The translations under genes were made by a program, and so were the position numbers. From Eledone cirrhosa (taxonomy: Eukaryota): DNA of 64,000 bases. Under the pieces are notes generated by a model, which worked only from the letters and a program-made list of their open reading frames with translations, searched no databases and had not been told where the DNA came from. The DNA lies in NCBI GenBank assembly GCA_964016885.1, contig OZ024745.1, positions 40,300,001-40,364,000 of the forward strand. The letters run 5' to 3'. Positions 41,149 through 55,334 of this stretch are shown here, one piece after another (position 1 is the stretch's first letter; every line of letters begins with the position of its first letter).

Positions 41149-42334
41149 CATATGTTCACACACATACCCAAACAGATGCGTGCACACACACACACACACC
41201 CACGCAGACACACACATACACATACACACACACATATATATACGCATAGTACACATACATACATACATACATATATATAGTATATATATATATATATTAG
41301 ATATATATACTATATATATATATAAATGAAAGGTATAGAAATTGTTTTAGCGGGAAGCTAATAGTATTATGTAACATATATATATATATACATATATACA
41401 TATATACATATATATATATATAATATATATATATATAATATATATGTATATATATATATATAGTATATATCTATAATATATATATATATATATACTCTAT
41501 ATATGCATGTATGTGTGTATATATGCGTACATATATGTGTGTGTGTATGTGTATGTGTATGTGTGTGTCTGAGTGGGTTTGTGTGTGTGTGTGTGTGTGC
41601 ACGCATCTGTGTGGGTATGTGTGTGAACATATACCGTTGAGGTGTCTCAGCTATACATACACACATCTTCAGTATTTAATCATTATATATTGGACAAGAA
41701 ACGTCTGAAACGCGAGACACTTCATTAAGCGGCTGATCAGTACGATTAAACCAAGAAACATTTGTGTATATCATATGTATTAATTTTGTTGGTAGTTTAA
41801 TTTTTGAGATTATGTCGTGTCTGAAGGTATTGCTTACTTCACATAATTCACCTTTCACTGTCCGTATGTTTGTGTCTGCTAAGATGTTTATGCCATTATG
41901 ATATCTGACTGCCGCTGTGCTAAGTAAGCAGTTCAATTCGAGCTTCATATTTAGCAGGGGTTTTTTTCTCATGTCAGTATTTCTTTGAGAGCTTTTTTCC
42001 TGTGATATGCGTGCGTGGATGCGTGCGCTTGCTTGCTTCTTTCTGTGCATGTTAAGCAGAAGTCCACGGCGTTGCTCGGTTTGAAAACATAATGAACTTT
42101 CATTTGAAACTTTTTCTATGGTATATTTGATAGTTCCAATACAGCTGTTTTTTATGTAACATATGAAGTTGCAATGTGATCTCTTATTTGTTTTTTTATT
42201 CTTTTCCTATCTTGCCTTTGCTTGGGTTTTCATATCACTAATTGTAAGTTGTAAATATATTGCTTCCTGTCCTTAAAGTGGCTGAAGTGGTCCAATTCTA
42301 TGGTACACAGGCCCTTGGATATTGAAAGTAAGGG

Positions 42335-42421
42335 TGAAAGGCAAAGTTAACCTGGACGGCATTTGAACTCAGACCGTAATGCTGGAAAACATGGTGTCTG
42401 ACGCTCCCGATACTGCCAATT
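42335..42421 (-). mobile_element. SINE 5' fragment
   Basis: gaaaggcaaagttaacc..atttgaactcagaccgta..cgatactgccaatt. Confidence 0.75.
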
Positions 42422-43717
42422 CAGAACCCATAAGAATAGTATGACTCAGTTTGTAGTGTTTTCGAAAACGAACATTCAGTTGTTCCATCAACTGTACATT
42501 AAACATGCCAATAAAGGTGAACGCACCTGAGTATTCTACAAAAATGTCTACACAGAATCTAATTCCATGTCGATTCACATGTTAATATATCTAAAGTAAG
42601 AATCGCTGGACAGATTTTACGGGTAAAACCAGCCAGCAAGGTATCTAGCTGGGCAAATAAAATTGAACGTTCTATTGACAAATAGAAATGAGTCAGAATG
42701 ATATATTTACTTTATACACGCAGCTGTTGTCACATATCAAAAGCAGATATAATCAAATAATTTGTCTCATATCAGTAAATATTTATATTGAAACTTGTCA
42801 ATATAAATTCAACAATAAGCATTAAAACACAGAAACCAGCTAATTTGGTTAGCAATTGAATTAATACATTGGGAATATAACGATTTGGAGCTGTTGACGT
42901 GGATGCCTTACAAATTTGACTAAATGTCTGGAATATGGATTCAATTTCCTTCGTAGAAGATTTGTAGAAAATTCTGAAAAAAGAATCAAAATATAATCCA
43001 ATTACAGAGCAATGATATGTAAGTTTATTGGTTGAAATGACATGTGAAATATATAGGATGTTATATATAAAAATGATTATGAATTCCATATACTTATTTG
43101 GATGGTGATCAATGTTACATGCGCGTATAAGTAGATAACATCTACAGACACAAAAGCAGACAACGGGAGATAGGTACGAGGATGGCTTTGCCTTTATTCA
43201 AACTTAGATTTTAATATTAACATTACAAAAAATATCTATTGATACACACATTTCTGCTACGATGAGGTTCAATGCTTTAATATAAACACATGATGCATAT
43301 TGATAGTTATGTATTACATATATTACACAAAATTTCAGTGTAGTTTAAGTCGGAATGACGAACTCATGATTGCACATATTAATGTTGAATATTCAGATAT
43401 TTTCAGAAACACTTTCCCCGACCAAGGCGTAGAGTGCCACCCTCTACCATTCCCCCTCTCTTTCTTCCGTTGCCTAATAATTATTGTTATTTCCCTTATC
43501 TTCTCCATATTTATGGTATTTATAGTCCTTTAGTTTCCTATACAGCCAGATCTGCCCTTCTTCACCCCTTTCCACCTTTTTCATTACATCATTTTGCTTT
43601 CATCTTTTTTATTTATATTTCAATCCTGTAAAATATAGTTGACATAATGTGTGTATGTATAACAACATAATACATGAGACTTAAAACAAAACAAATAGGA
43701 ATTTGGTATTGTGCAAT

Positions 43718-44625
43718 TTGGTTTTACCCGTATAATCTGAGCAGTGAATTTTTAGACGATATAACCACGTCCATATATCCGTAGGTCTTTGAACACCGTT
43801 CTACGTACTATATCCATTAACGTTACACGTGCAGAATACCCCTGAGGTAACACTTGAATATTAAGTTCCTAGACACGATCTTAAATCCAATAATAAAAAT
43901 AATTATGACTTACATCTTTAGAATAAATTAAAATAAAACACCCTGAACACCCCACACCAGTTGTATTACATGTTACGCCTGCGCTATAATATTTATATTA
44001 ATTCGTGTATCAATCCATTATTAAGGGCGAAATTATAAATTATAAATATATTTGTGAACATTAAAAGGCAAGGCTCAGTTGTCGAGGTATCCAAACTCAC
44101 GTTTCAAATATATGGAATTATGATGCTTCTTTTGAGCGTTACTCACTATATTTAGATGGATTGCTATTTTAAAGCCTACTATTAATTTGGCTTGCTCAGA
44201 TATCTATTCTCATGCATGCCTTCATCATATTTAAAAAACTTCAGAAAGAATTTCAAATGTATGAAAATAGATATATGTAGTAATATATATACATAAAGAT
44301 AGACCTGTTTTAAAAGAGAGCAACACCTCATTATCTCTTCCTCTTCTACTTTCTATGTGTGTTGTATGGGCAGAGTGCTGGAACACAGCTTCCAGCGTTT
44401 TATCCCAGAATCAACACTCCAATTGTGCCGGCAGAGGTCATCAATGTTAGCGAGCTAAGTCAAGCTCATCGATGTTATCTATATTATCCGTATTCTACCC
44501 CTTGGTCTTGTGCAAGTTGGTTTTACCCGTAAAATCTGAGCAGTGATTTTTTAGACGATATAAGCACGTCCATAATGCCGGAGGTCTTTGAACACCGTTC
44601 TACGTACTATACCCATTAACGTTAC
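43718..44625 (+). repeat. ~110-bp diverged direct repeat (43718-43826, 44517-44625), with a short inverted match at ~42612-42631
   Basis: ttggttttacccgta.aatctgagcagtga.ttttagacgatataa..ggtctttgaacaccgttctacgtactata.ccattaacgttac. Confidence 0.8.
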
Positions 44626-46126
44626 CATTCAGACGATTCAGAACTCCATTTCAGCCACTTGTATTCTCAATCTTATTATTTCGGTCGTTATTGAAGACTG
44701 ACTCATGAACATAGGTTAGAGGTGGCAGAGATACTGAATTGAAAATAGTGAGTTTGGATTTTACAGCTGCCACCATTCTTCTGAGAGTCCAATGCTGAAC
44801 ATTACGGAAACATCTTCAATTCCTTCATTTAGTTAATCACACGTGACCACGGCCCGTTGATTTTCTCTACCTGATTTAACGTTAGCATAATAATAGTAAG
44901 AAGAAGACATATTCCATAGAGTGAAAGAACCATGCAATATGCTAGCATGATATTTGTCGGCAAAATGCCGTCAAAAGAAAGTAAATTAGCTGAACAAAAT
45001 ACACTTTCTGAGAACGAGCTTCTCAGGCTTCGTATCACTGATTTTTCTTTTCATTCTGAAGGACTCGACAGCAAACTTACCAAGAAACATCATATGATTA
45101 ATGATTTATATTCATTTATTTATTTTATTCTCTTCTATTTCATTGTATAATGCTTTCATTTATTTCGTGATCTACACCTTATTTAATAAGTTTTGTCAGA
45201 TAGTTGACATATATTCTATTTCCTGAAATCATCTCAGAAAGACAGTATGACACACACACATTTCAATGTACATTTGCTTTCAAAGATTTACTAAAAGCCC
45301 CCCCCCCCTACTAAAAGACCCCTCCCCCCCCCCTCTTTCCACCATAAATGTCTCAAAATTTAGCATCTGTCTTTAAAAGCAAAATTTTCTTTTCCGTTTA
45401 CAATTTGCGTTATTAGTTCCCCTTTGTTCTTTATTGAATATTAGTGTAGTTCTAAAATATTCTACCAGTTCTAATGGCAGGCGCTCCATAACCGCCTGTA
45501 TTTGGAGTAACTGTAATATATATTGGTGTTTCTTTCTTGTATTCTCAAAGCAATAAATAAGATTCTTGATATCCTGTCTAGTCTCACTAATTCATTTATT
45601 TCAGTTTAGCCTGTAACATATTCCCGGATGAAATAATGTATCGAAATATACCATCTTAATACTTACATTTAGCATTCATCTCTAAATAATTAACCTAACC
45701 CGATATTCCTTCCTAACATGTTCTTCTATTCGAAATACGTGTACGATTTTCAGCTCATTGGTATCTACGTAATTGTAATTATATTTTGTATTTTCATATG
45801 TTATCTTTGTTTCCATACATAAACTGACTTTACTTTATAATGTTTCTTTGTTAATCATAGCGTTGCCTTCTTAACCATAATCTCTAACGTACTTTTTCTG
45901 GTAAATCGGTATAATGTTTATAATAATTTTCCTATTTGTTTATGGTCGGTTGCAAATAACCTCCTAGTATCCGTATAACAATAAAAATTGTTGATTGTTA
46001 ACCATAGTTAATATTTTGATTAACTGCTGGCCAGGCAGAAATGTGGTGGAGCAATATATTTCCCTTGTGATATTTCTCTGCTAATATGAATACCATACGT
46101 TTATATAATTATAATCATTGCATGAC

Positions 46127-46322
46127 TGGTGGAGTAGCAGGATGAATAGGAAATCAGGCAAAGTTTATTGTGGCATTTATTTACGACCTTTCTAGGTCAA
46201 CTTTGGATTTAATCCCTCCCGTGTCAATAAAATTAGGTACCAGTTAACAATTGAGGTCAATATTAATCGATTTTCAACTTCTCCCACTTTGCTGACCTTG
46301 TGACAATATTAGAAACAATTAT
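46127..46322 (+). mobile_element. Old diverged SINE copy
   Basis: aggtcaactttggatttaatccct..gtcaataaaattaggtaccag..gctgaccttgtgac..agaaacaatt. Confidence 0.6.
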
Positions 46323-47398
46323 TTCCCTTGACAGTACAGCTTACATTTATTCGACATTATTACAAGGAGATTATTTAATCTCTGAAATATCATTTGGTGC
46401 GGTACACGGTTAATTTGACCTGCTTTATTGATTTTTCTTTGAAAATTGGCAAGTCTCGAACTCGTATCAATATATCAATATATGAGACATTTTTGGGGGT
46501 GTCTTAAAATCACCACATTTTCCTTGGTATTTTGGTATTTCATAGACCTATATTTGTTTCCATAAATAAATAAAAAGCAATACAACATTCTCAAGCTTGA
46601 GAATTAGGAATAAGAAAAGTACAACATTTTATATAGAATCGAACTTCCAGCCACCTAAAGAATTAATATGTCTCTTTTAAATTACTTACAGCATTATGCA
46701 ATCCATAAATCACAAACAGTAACAGCAGCAATTATTAAATAAACAGAATATAATAGTTGAATAATATTTACATCCAATGCAGGTAATTTTCCTAGCATTC
46801 GTCGCGAACTGAGTTGAAGCCACTATTTACATTATTACTCATAAGTTGCTGCCCTCGTATAAATTCCACAGATTATATTAGAAACAACTACCATGTATTA
46901 AAGAACAAAGTGATTTGACAGTCAAATGATTAAAAGTTATATATGCACACGAACAATATATACAACATATAATTACACACACAAATTAGAATAAAAGATT
47001 TTAAATGCCTGAAACTATAAAAAATCGAATATTTTACTTATTTACTCTTTCACTGTTGCTAGGATGTTACCTACCTCCCCTCACTTTAAATCCCTCTCCC
47101 TCTTACACACCCTCACACTTATCATTTTTCAGAATGTGAACATTTTTACGCCACAAGTACATACACTTTATTATAATAGATGATGAGCCTGATGTTGACT
47201 TGAAACTTGAATGCACAAATATATGTAGAAACATTATAATTTGAAACTAACCACAAAGAACTAATATGGACATTTGATATGCCCCGAATAAAAATGGCGA
47301 AGCTCAAACATGTATGTATATATGAAATCACACAATCACACACACGCACATATAAAACGTGTGTATATGTACGTGTGTGTAGGTGTTTGTTTTCAATA

Positions 47399-47478
47399 TG
47401 TATTTGCACACTTTGAAAACACACACATGCATATATATATATATATGCATGTGTGTGTTTTCAAAGTCTGCAAATACA
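47399..47478. repeat. Fold-back centred on (TA)n
   Basis: tgtatttgcacactttgaaaacacacacatgc-(AT)n-gcatgtgtgtgttttcaaagtctgcaaataca. Confidence 0.85.
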
Positions 47479-49341
47479 TTTCTAAGCACACGCACATGTA
47501 CACCACATATGCAAGAGCATAAACACAACCCCGACAGACTTGCATACATGAAAAAAAATGCCCATATTTTCTGTTCAATGTAATATTTCATCACAGGGAA
47601 GCCTTCTAACAACTTAACAACTTTTGCAGACAACAGAGGAATGTACAATTCTACTTAGAATACATAGATAGACACCTCTTCTTTCTATCGGATTTCTCGT
47701 GGCTTCTTATAAAAATAAAAACCTGATAGAAAATATTCTCTATTATTTTTCGCTCGCTATTATCTATGTATTTCCTTTTTTATTTTATATTATATATATT
47801 TGCCTATAGTCGAGTCACTTTCTCTTTTACTCCTTATACTTTTTCTTTGAATGTCAAGTGACATACGTCAGATGTATGTTGTTGGTGTGACGTAATTACG
47901 AAGCCTTTTCAATTCTCGATTTAAGCTTTGCGATATACCTCACGCCACTGATCTCTGTTTCTCAAATTCAATACGTTTGTGCGTAATCACTCTACGTTTC
48001 ATATTTCATATTCCTACTTCGATTCTTTCACGTTCTAAATTGTTTACTAATATCCTAACATTTTCTCTCCCACACACACACTGTATTTCTTTTCTTTTGC
48101 TCTCTCACTGGCTCATTCAACATATTCCCCTTTTAAAACACAAAACGTCTCGTTTGTGAAGTGATGACGTGGAGCGATTATTATCCAACTCATGAATAAC
48201 TACTACTCTCTGATCACCTTTTATATTATGTTTATAACTCAAACGTATAAAGATGTATTATTATAAGCTATTACTCACACGATCAAAGGCGGAAATGCAT
48301 GCATTGATTTACATTCACTTTGTAGCTGTAAAAGACTAAATAATTGTTTCGAGGACAAGAGTAAGTACCCTATCCGCCACTGCAAACTCTTATTCCATCA
48401 GAGACACAGAAACAATGTGATTATAAGGACGGAGAAAAATGCTTGAACGATTATGAATTGTCTATAATTTTGACAATTTTCATTTAGAATTCTGAACTTT
48501 TTATTAATGGATTTTCACCAAGAATGAATGTCCTGTATGCTTCACTGTTCAATAAGCATGAGCATATACATTGTACCTATCTACTGTCTATCTAGCTTCT
48601 AGCTCCACTCTACACCATAAAATCATGAACATTCTTAGGTCTTCTACTCCCCAGTCAGGTTTGTGAGAATCGAATACTTCACCTAGAAACACTAAATGTA
48701 GGTGCTTAGTGCGGCATTATTTTTATGTCGTGGCATGAAATGTCTGTTGTGAGGTAATGTCATGATTGAATGTCGGTTATACCAGAGCAAAAGCATCTTA
48801 GGCGCAAACAGATTTTATAAAAATTAGAATTTAGGGTCTAAGTAAATTCTGGTAACGCAATAGAATTTAAGATTTGGTGATATCTAAATAGTGCGGTTAG
48901 CTGGAAGGATCTTTAGAGATGATGAGACCGGTTAAATTCGATTTTAATACATTTATTATTATTATTTTTTTTTTTTCCGAAATTGTGTCTGATCTGTGTC
49001 ATAAATGTAGTGAAATGGATTACGGTTGACTTTCTGAAAGATGCTAGAGCATGACCTGAACTAAATGTTCCTGCTCATTCTAGTAGACCGAGTTAACACA
49101 TTTTCTTTTCTCATTAAAGAAAATGTTTTCCTATTTTCGCTGCAAGAATGTTTTAATACAAATTATTATATGTCACATTTCCTCAATCCATCAAATATAT
49201 ATATATATATATGGAAAGTTATATTTAAATTGTTGGGTTACAACTAGTAAATATTTATAACTGATATAAAAGCACTCAACAAGTATTTGGAGTATATTTA
49301 CGATATTAAATAAATGGAAACTATATTTATAAAACCATATT

Positions 49342-49407
49342 TATTTCATTATATATATTTCAGGGATATCATATTAACAATATGCTATGCCTTCCTCAGA
49401 CAAAATA
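49342..49407 (-). ncRNA. Hammerhead (mirror of 54535-54600)
   Basis: Reverse complement of the 3' terminal motif. Confidence 0.72.
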
Positions 49408-50271
49408 CAATATAGACAGTTTTATAGATAATAGATTTGACATACCGTTCAACATCGACTTGTATTTGAAAAGTTGATTTGGCAGTGAAAAAATTGTAAA
49501 CAGAAAGAAAGAAAGAGAGAAAAAAGGAAAGAAAGAAAAGAAAGAAAACGAAGAAAAAGAAGAAAAAGAAGAAATGCATGGAACAAAATAGAGAGATGGA
49601 AAGATAGATAAAGAGAAGAACTTCATGTAAAGAAACAGAGAGAGATATATAGAGAGAGAGGAAATAGATAGAGATAGATATATATATAGAGAAAAGTAGG
49701 TAGTTGGACATCCGTTGAATAAACGTATCAATGATACATTTATTTATTTATTTATTTATTTAGCTCTAGTATTAATGTAAGGGAGATATATGTGGTTAGG
49801 AGAGAAACCAGCTGTTATATAGAGAGAAAAATGAAAAGTAACCAGACATAGGCGAGGCATAAAAACCCTATGTTTTAATGTAGAAGTATTAGTATGTATA
49901 AAAACCAGGCACTATAATGTAAATATCAGTAATCCTGAATGAGACACGTATCCATAATGTGTGAAAAGTAATGATCTTATGTTTAGTTTTAAAAATTCAT
50001 ATGTTTATATGATAACTACAAACATCGATGTGAATTTACGTGATCAACTCTGCAAACCCCAATTTCACACGGAGAACATTCTCATTGTGCTATAAAAATT
50101 TAAGTATACATATATGTGTATATATATACACATATATATAGAGTCTATATTAATTTTAACAATACTATTCTTGTCTTTACTCTACATGATTATCTATCAA
50201 GCAGAAATAGAGAACAGATTTCAATATATTAATAAAAAATATCAGAAACAAAAACCAAAAAAAAACAAAAA

Positions 50272-50304
<33 letters not shown>

Positions 50305-50777
50305 ATAATAAAATAGAAAACTAAAAAATATTACGAAAAAATATTACATATTAAAAATATTACATATTAAAAATAAAAATAAAAATAAAAATATTAGAAA
50401 ATACTACAATAAAAAAAATAAACCACAAAGATCAACCTTTCAAAATTAATTGACAATATATTGCCAAGTTCATTATAAGCAACAGAGTCGAAAACAGATA
50501 AAGCTAAAAATTATTTATCAAATCGCGTCTAGCAAAAAACATTTCAAAAATGTTTAGGATGCCCATTTGGTCTACATGTGTTCTTATATTTAATATAGAA
50601 GTTTATCTAGTGTAACGTTTATTCTAAATATTTGGAGCATCAACTTTTAGGGTAGTTTAATTTTTCATGAAGAATGTTTAAATAAAAATAAACTAAAAAT
50701 AAAAAGAAGAATAAAAAGAAGAAATCGAAAGATTTATCGGCTAGTTTCCCAAATAATTATAAATCAAACTAAATATA

Positions 50778-51615
50778 CTACATTTTAAATTTAAATTTAT
50801 ATTTAAAAGTTGAGTTTAATCTATGTTTGCAGCAACTGAATAAATTTGTCCGTAGATTAAGGGAATTTTTAGATTTTAGTATAAAGAATATCTCCTCTGC
50901 GCAGAGGTCACATGTCTCAGAGGATGAATTAAAAGGAATCCCTCTTGAGACTATATTCCAAGCCGTCGAATATCTAACGTTATCTAGCTTAAGTTGCCAG
51001 AGTACGCCTGATAGTGCTGTTGAAGAGTTTTTGCTTGGATCTGTGAAAGAATTCTTGTGGTTATTATAGCGAAGTTTAAATTCCGTCGATGTGGAACCGA
51101 CGTAGTTAAAAGAATTAGAGTCAGTTTTAACATTACAATTGTATATTATATTTTTAACTAAGCAGTTGTTATTTAACGGACATTTAGATCTATCTCTACA
51201 GTTACATTTGTTAACTTGTATATTATTTATGCTATTATCACTAGGTTTTAAGTTCCTATTATTTATTCTATTAATATTTTGTGCTAAATTTTTGGTGGAT
51301 GAGTAGGTTAATTTTATAGTATGTCTATTGAAAATTGAGTGATACCTATGTGTTCCAGGGAAGCGATTATCAAGAGCTTTAAAAAATAGTTTAGCGATGT
51401 GGGTTTTAATGTTTAGTGAGAAGGGGGGGCAAACCAAATTATGTTCCTAGTTCTATTTCTTTTTTGGCTTTTGGAATTATTGTAATGCTTTCTATTATAG
51501 TTGTTAAGGTTGTTGCCGTAATTAAAATAGTTGTTATTTTGTTTAGTTTGTCTATCATTATCTATGTACATAATCTTATCACTATATCCTGCTCTAGCTA
51601 ACGCTTCATTGTAGT
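50778..51615 (-). pseudogene. Inverted partial copy of the PLE ORF C-terminus (GIY-YIG), with a 1-nt deletion near 51421
   Basis: The 219-aa ORF is nearly identical to the C-terminus of 51631-53151. Confidence 0.9.
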
Positions 51616-51630
51616 TTACCTAACCTGAGC

Positions 51631-53151
51631 TTGTGGAAGGGAACTGGAGAGGTTGTTGAGTGGTTTAAGCAAATTAAATATAACAATAATAATAAGTTTA
51701 TTCAACTTGATATTGCTAACTATTATTCTTCTATTACCCCTAATCTACTAAATAAGGCACTAAATTACGCATTTAAACATACAGACCTAACTAGCAATGA
51801 AATGCATATTATATTATCGGCTAGGAAAACATTGATAGAATTTAATGACCAACTATGGACCAGAGCAGATAGAGATAGCAATTTTGACATTACTATGGGA
51901 TCATCCGACTCAGCTCAGGTAACTGACCTTATGGGCTTATTTTTAATCAATTCGCTACATAGGAAAATACCTGGTACTACCGCAGGTTTATATAGAGATG
52001 ACATGCTTTTAGTTATTGATAATAATAACTCTGAACTAAATAGAAAATGTAAACAAATTACACAATTTTTTAATTACTTTAATCTTAAAATAGAAATTGA
52101 TAACAACCATAGAATAGTCAATTTCCTAGATATAACATTAAATCTCAACACATGTCTTCGCTATCCTTTTCACAAGTTGAATGAAAACTTAAACTATGTC
52201 AGCTTTAACTCTAACCACCCCAGATCTGTCAAAAACACTATAGTAAATTCTGTTCAAAAACTTATCTCTAGAATCTCGTCTAATAGAAATATTTTCGACG
52301 AAAAAGCCCAGTACTACAATGAAGCGTTAGCTAGAGCAGGATATAGTGATAAGATTATGTACATAGATAATGATAGACAAACTAAACAAAATAACAACTA
52401 TTTTAATTACGGCAACAACCTTAACAACTATAATAGAAAGCATTACAATAATTCCAAAAGCCAAAAAACAAGTAGAACTAGGAACATAATTTGGTTTGCC
52501 CCCCCTTTCTCACTAAACATTAAAACCCACATCGCTAAACTATTTTTTAAAGCTCTTGATAATCGCTTCCCTAGAACACATAGGTATCACTCAATTTTCA
52601 ATAGACATACTATAAAATTAACCTACTCATCCACCAAAAATTTAGCACAAAATATTAATAGAATAAATAATAGGAACTTAAAACCTAGTGATAATAGCAT
52701 AAATAATATACAAGTTAACAAATGTAACTGTAGAGATAGATCTAAATGTCCGTTAAATAACAACTGCTTAGTTAAAAATATAATATACAATTGTAATGTT
52801 AAAACTGACTCTAATTCTTTTAACTACGTCGGTTCCACATCGACGGAATTTAAACTTCGCTATAATAACCACAAGAATTCTTTCACAGATCCAAGCAAAA
52901 AATCTTCAACAGCACTATCAGGCGTACTCTGGCAACTTAAGCTAGATAACGTTAGATATTCGACGGCTTGGAATATAGTCTCAAGAGGGATTCCTTTTAA
53001 TTCATCCTCTGAGACATGTGACCTCTGCGCAGAGGAGATATTCTTTATACTAAAATCTAAAAATTCCCTTAATCTACGGACAAATTTATTCAGTTGCTGC
53101 AAACATAGATTAAACTCAACTTTTAAATATAAATTTAAATTTAAAATGTAG
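51631..53151 (+). CDS. Penelope-like reverse transcriptase + GIY-YIG endonuclease (uninterrupted, 5'-truncated)
   Basis: FIQLDIANYYSSI, TMGSSDSAQVTDL, GLYRDDML, VNFLDITL, NHP; CNCR..CPL..C, NIIYNC..YVGST..FKLRYNNH, CDLC; frame is open back to the junction at 51616. Confidence 0.93.
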   Translation: MWKGTGEVVEWFKQIKYNNNNKFIQLDIANYYSSITPNLLNKALNYAFKHTDLTSNEMHIILSARKTLIEFNDQLWTRADRDSNFDITMGSSDSAQVTDLMGLFLINSLHRKIPGTTAGLYRDDMLLVIDNNNSELNRKCKQITQFFNYFNLKIEIDNNHRIVNFLDITLNLNTCLRYPFHKLNENLNYVSFNSNHPRSVKNTIVNSVQKLISRISSNRNIFDEKAQYYNEALARAGYSDKIMYIDNDRQTKQNNNYFNYGNNLNNYNRKHYNNSKSQKTSRTRNIIWFAPPFSLNIKTHIAKLFFKALDNRFPRTHRYHSIFNRHTIKLTYSSTKNLAQNINRINNRNLKPSDNSINNIQVNKCNCRDRSKCPLNNNCLVKNIIYNCNVKTDSNSFNYVGSTSTEFKLRYNNHKNSFTDPSKKSSTALSGVLWQLKLDNVRYSTAWNIVSRGIPFNSSSETCDLCAEEIFFILKSKNSLNLRTNLFSCCKHRLNSTFKYKFKFKM

Positions 53152-53629
53152 TATATTTAGTTTGATTCATAATTATTTGGGAAACTAGCCGATAAATCTT
53201 TCGATTTCTTCTTTTTATTCTTCTTTTTATTTTTATTTTTATTTTTATTTTTATTTAAACATTCTTCATGAAAAATTAAACTACCCTAAAAGTTGATGCT
53301 CCAAATATTTAGAATAAACGTTACACTACTTAAACTTCTATATTAAATCTAAGAACACATGTAGACCAAATGGGCATCCTAAACTTTTTGAAATGTTTTT
53401 TGCTAGACGCGATTTGATAAATAATTTTTAGCTTTATCTGTTTTCGACTCTGATGCTTATAATGAACTTGGCAATATATTGTCAATTAATTTTGAAGGGT
53501 TGATCTTTGTGGTTTATTTTTTTTATTGTAGTATTTTCTAATATTTTTATTTTTATTTTTATTTTTAATATGTAATATTTTTAATATGTAATATTTTTTC
53601 GTAATATTTTTTAGTTTTCTATTTTATTA

Positions 53630-53665
<36 letters not shown>

Positions 53666-54534
53666 TTTGGGGGTTTTTTTTTGGTTTTTGTTTCTGATAT
53701 TTGTTATTAATATATTGAAATCTGTTCTCTATTTCTGCTTGATAGATAATCATGTAGAGTAAAGACAAGAATAGTATTGTTAAAATTAATATAGACTCTA
53801 TATATATGTGTATATATATACACATATATGTATACTTAAATTTTTATAGCACAATGAGAATGATCTCCGTGTGAAATTGGGGTTTGCAGAGTTGATCACG
53901 TAAATTCACATCGATGTTTGTAGTTATCATATAAACATATGAATTTTTAAAACTAAACATAAGATCATTACTTTTCACACATTATGGATACGTGTCTCAT
54001 TCAGGAATACTGATATTTACATTATAGTGCCTGGTTTTTATACATACTAATACTTCTACATTAAAACATAGGGTTTTTATGCCTCGCCTATATCTGGTTA
54101 CTTTTCATTTTTCTCTATATATAACGGCTGGTTTCTCTCCTAACCACATATATTTCCCTTACATTAATACTAGAGCTAAATAAATAAATAAATAAATAAA
54201 TGTATCATTGATACGTTTATTCAACGGATGTCCAACTACCTACTTTTCTCTATATATATCTATCTCTATCTATTTCCTCTCTCTATATATCTCTCTCTCT
54301 GTTTGTTTACATGAAGTTCTTCTCTTTATCTATCTTTCCATCTCTCTATTTTGTTCCATGCATTTCTTCTTTTTCTTCTTTTTCTTCGTTTTCTTTCTTT
54401 CTTTTCTTTCTTTCCTTTTTTCTCTCTTTCTTTCTTTCTGTTTACAATTTTTTCACTGCCAAATCAACTTTTCAAATACAAGTCGATGTTGAACGGTATG
54501 TCAAATCTATTTATCTATAAAACTGTCTATATTG

Positions 54535-54600
54535 TATTTTGTCTGAGGAAGGCATAGCATATTGTTAATATGATATCCCTGAAATATATATAATGAAATA
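54535..54600 (+). ncRNA. Type I hammerhead at the PLE 3' terminus (sense strand)
   Basis: TATTTTGT CTGAGGA AGG..CATATT-gtt-AATATG..CCT GAAA TATATA TA ATGAAATA. Confidence 0.75.
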
Positions 54601-54640
54601 AATATGGTTTTATAAATATAGTTTCCTTTTATTTAATATC

Positions 54641-54772
<132 letters not shown>

Positions 54773-55263
54773 ACATACAAATATACAGAAACCATAGGCT
54801 CACAAACTGAGTATATATAGATATAAACTAAAAGCAGCATAAGAATGTAGAAATTGGAAAAAAACCTAATTGCAGCAAATAAAGTTATTTAAATATTCAC
54901 ATCAAAAGCACTAACGGATACACTTAGATCTATACATTCACATACTGAAAAACAAGCATTAACATACACGCGTGCATGCGGGAAAAGTCACAGGCAAACA
55001 TTTTTTTAAAACCAAAACAAGCACCTTTACAAGTGAAGAGACGCATAAAGACGCACATACATAGATACATACATACATATATACATACTTACGAACATAT
55101 ACACACACAAATAAACATTCACAAACACAGAGATATGCATACACAGATACATGCACACACGGGACTAGAAACACGGCCACATATCAAAGTGTTGCAAAAT
55201 GCGGCCATCAACTACAAAACGCTACAGCAACATAAAGTCAGTAGCTAGGAAAGGGCATGCCTG

Positions 55264-55334
55264 CCCAGCTAGTCAACCTGCTTTTAACGGAATAAATGTC
55301 TATTTCTTCCGTTACAAGCAGGTTGACTAGCTGG
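55264..55334. repeat. Isolated ~30-bp-arm hairpin (MITE-like or structured RNA)
   Basis: ccagctagtcaacctgcttttaacggaa..ttccgttacaagcaggttgactagctgg. Confidence 0.75.

Noticed and set aside
41630-42050. 124-aa minus-strand ORF and a nearby CTGAAGA motif
   Set aside because: No clear protein motif, and GAAA is absent from the putative ribozyme
44829-45150. Possible host exons (also ~56300-56520 and 62800-63400)
   Set aside because: No recognisable domain or consistent splice pattern; a host gene cannot be excluded without RNA data
49930-49985. CTGAATGAG..GTGT GAAA antisense hammerhead-like motif
   Set aside because: Core spacing wrong and stems I and III not formed
53152-54000. SECIS/selenoprotein-type Naiad element
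   Set aside because: The visible ORF has no in-frame TGA and ends in TAG; ATGA..AA..TGAT candidates near 53274 and 53860 lack a proper helix (SECISearch would settle this)
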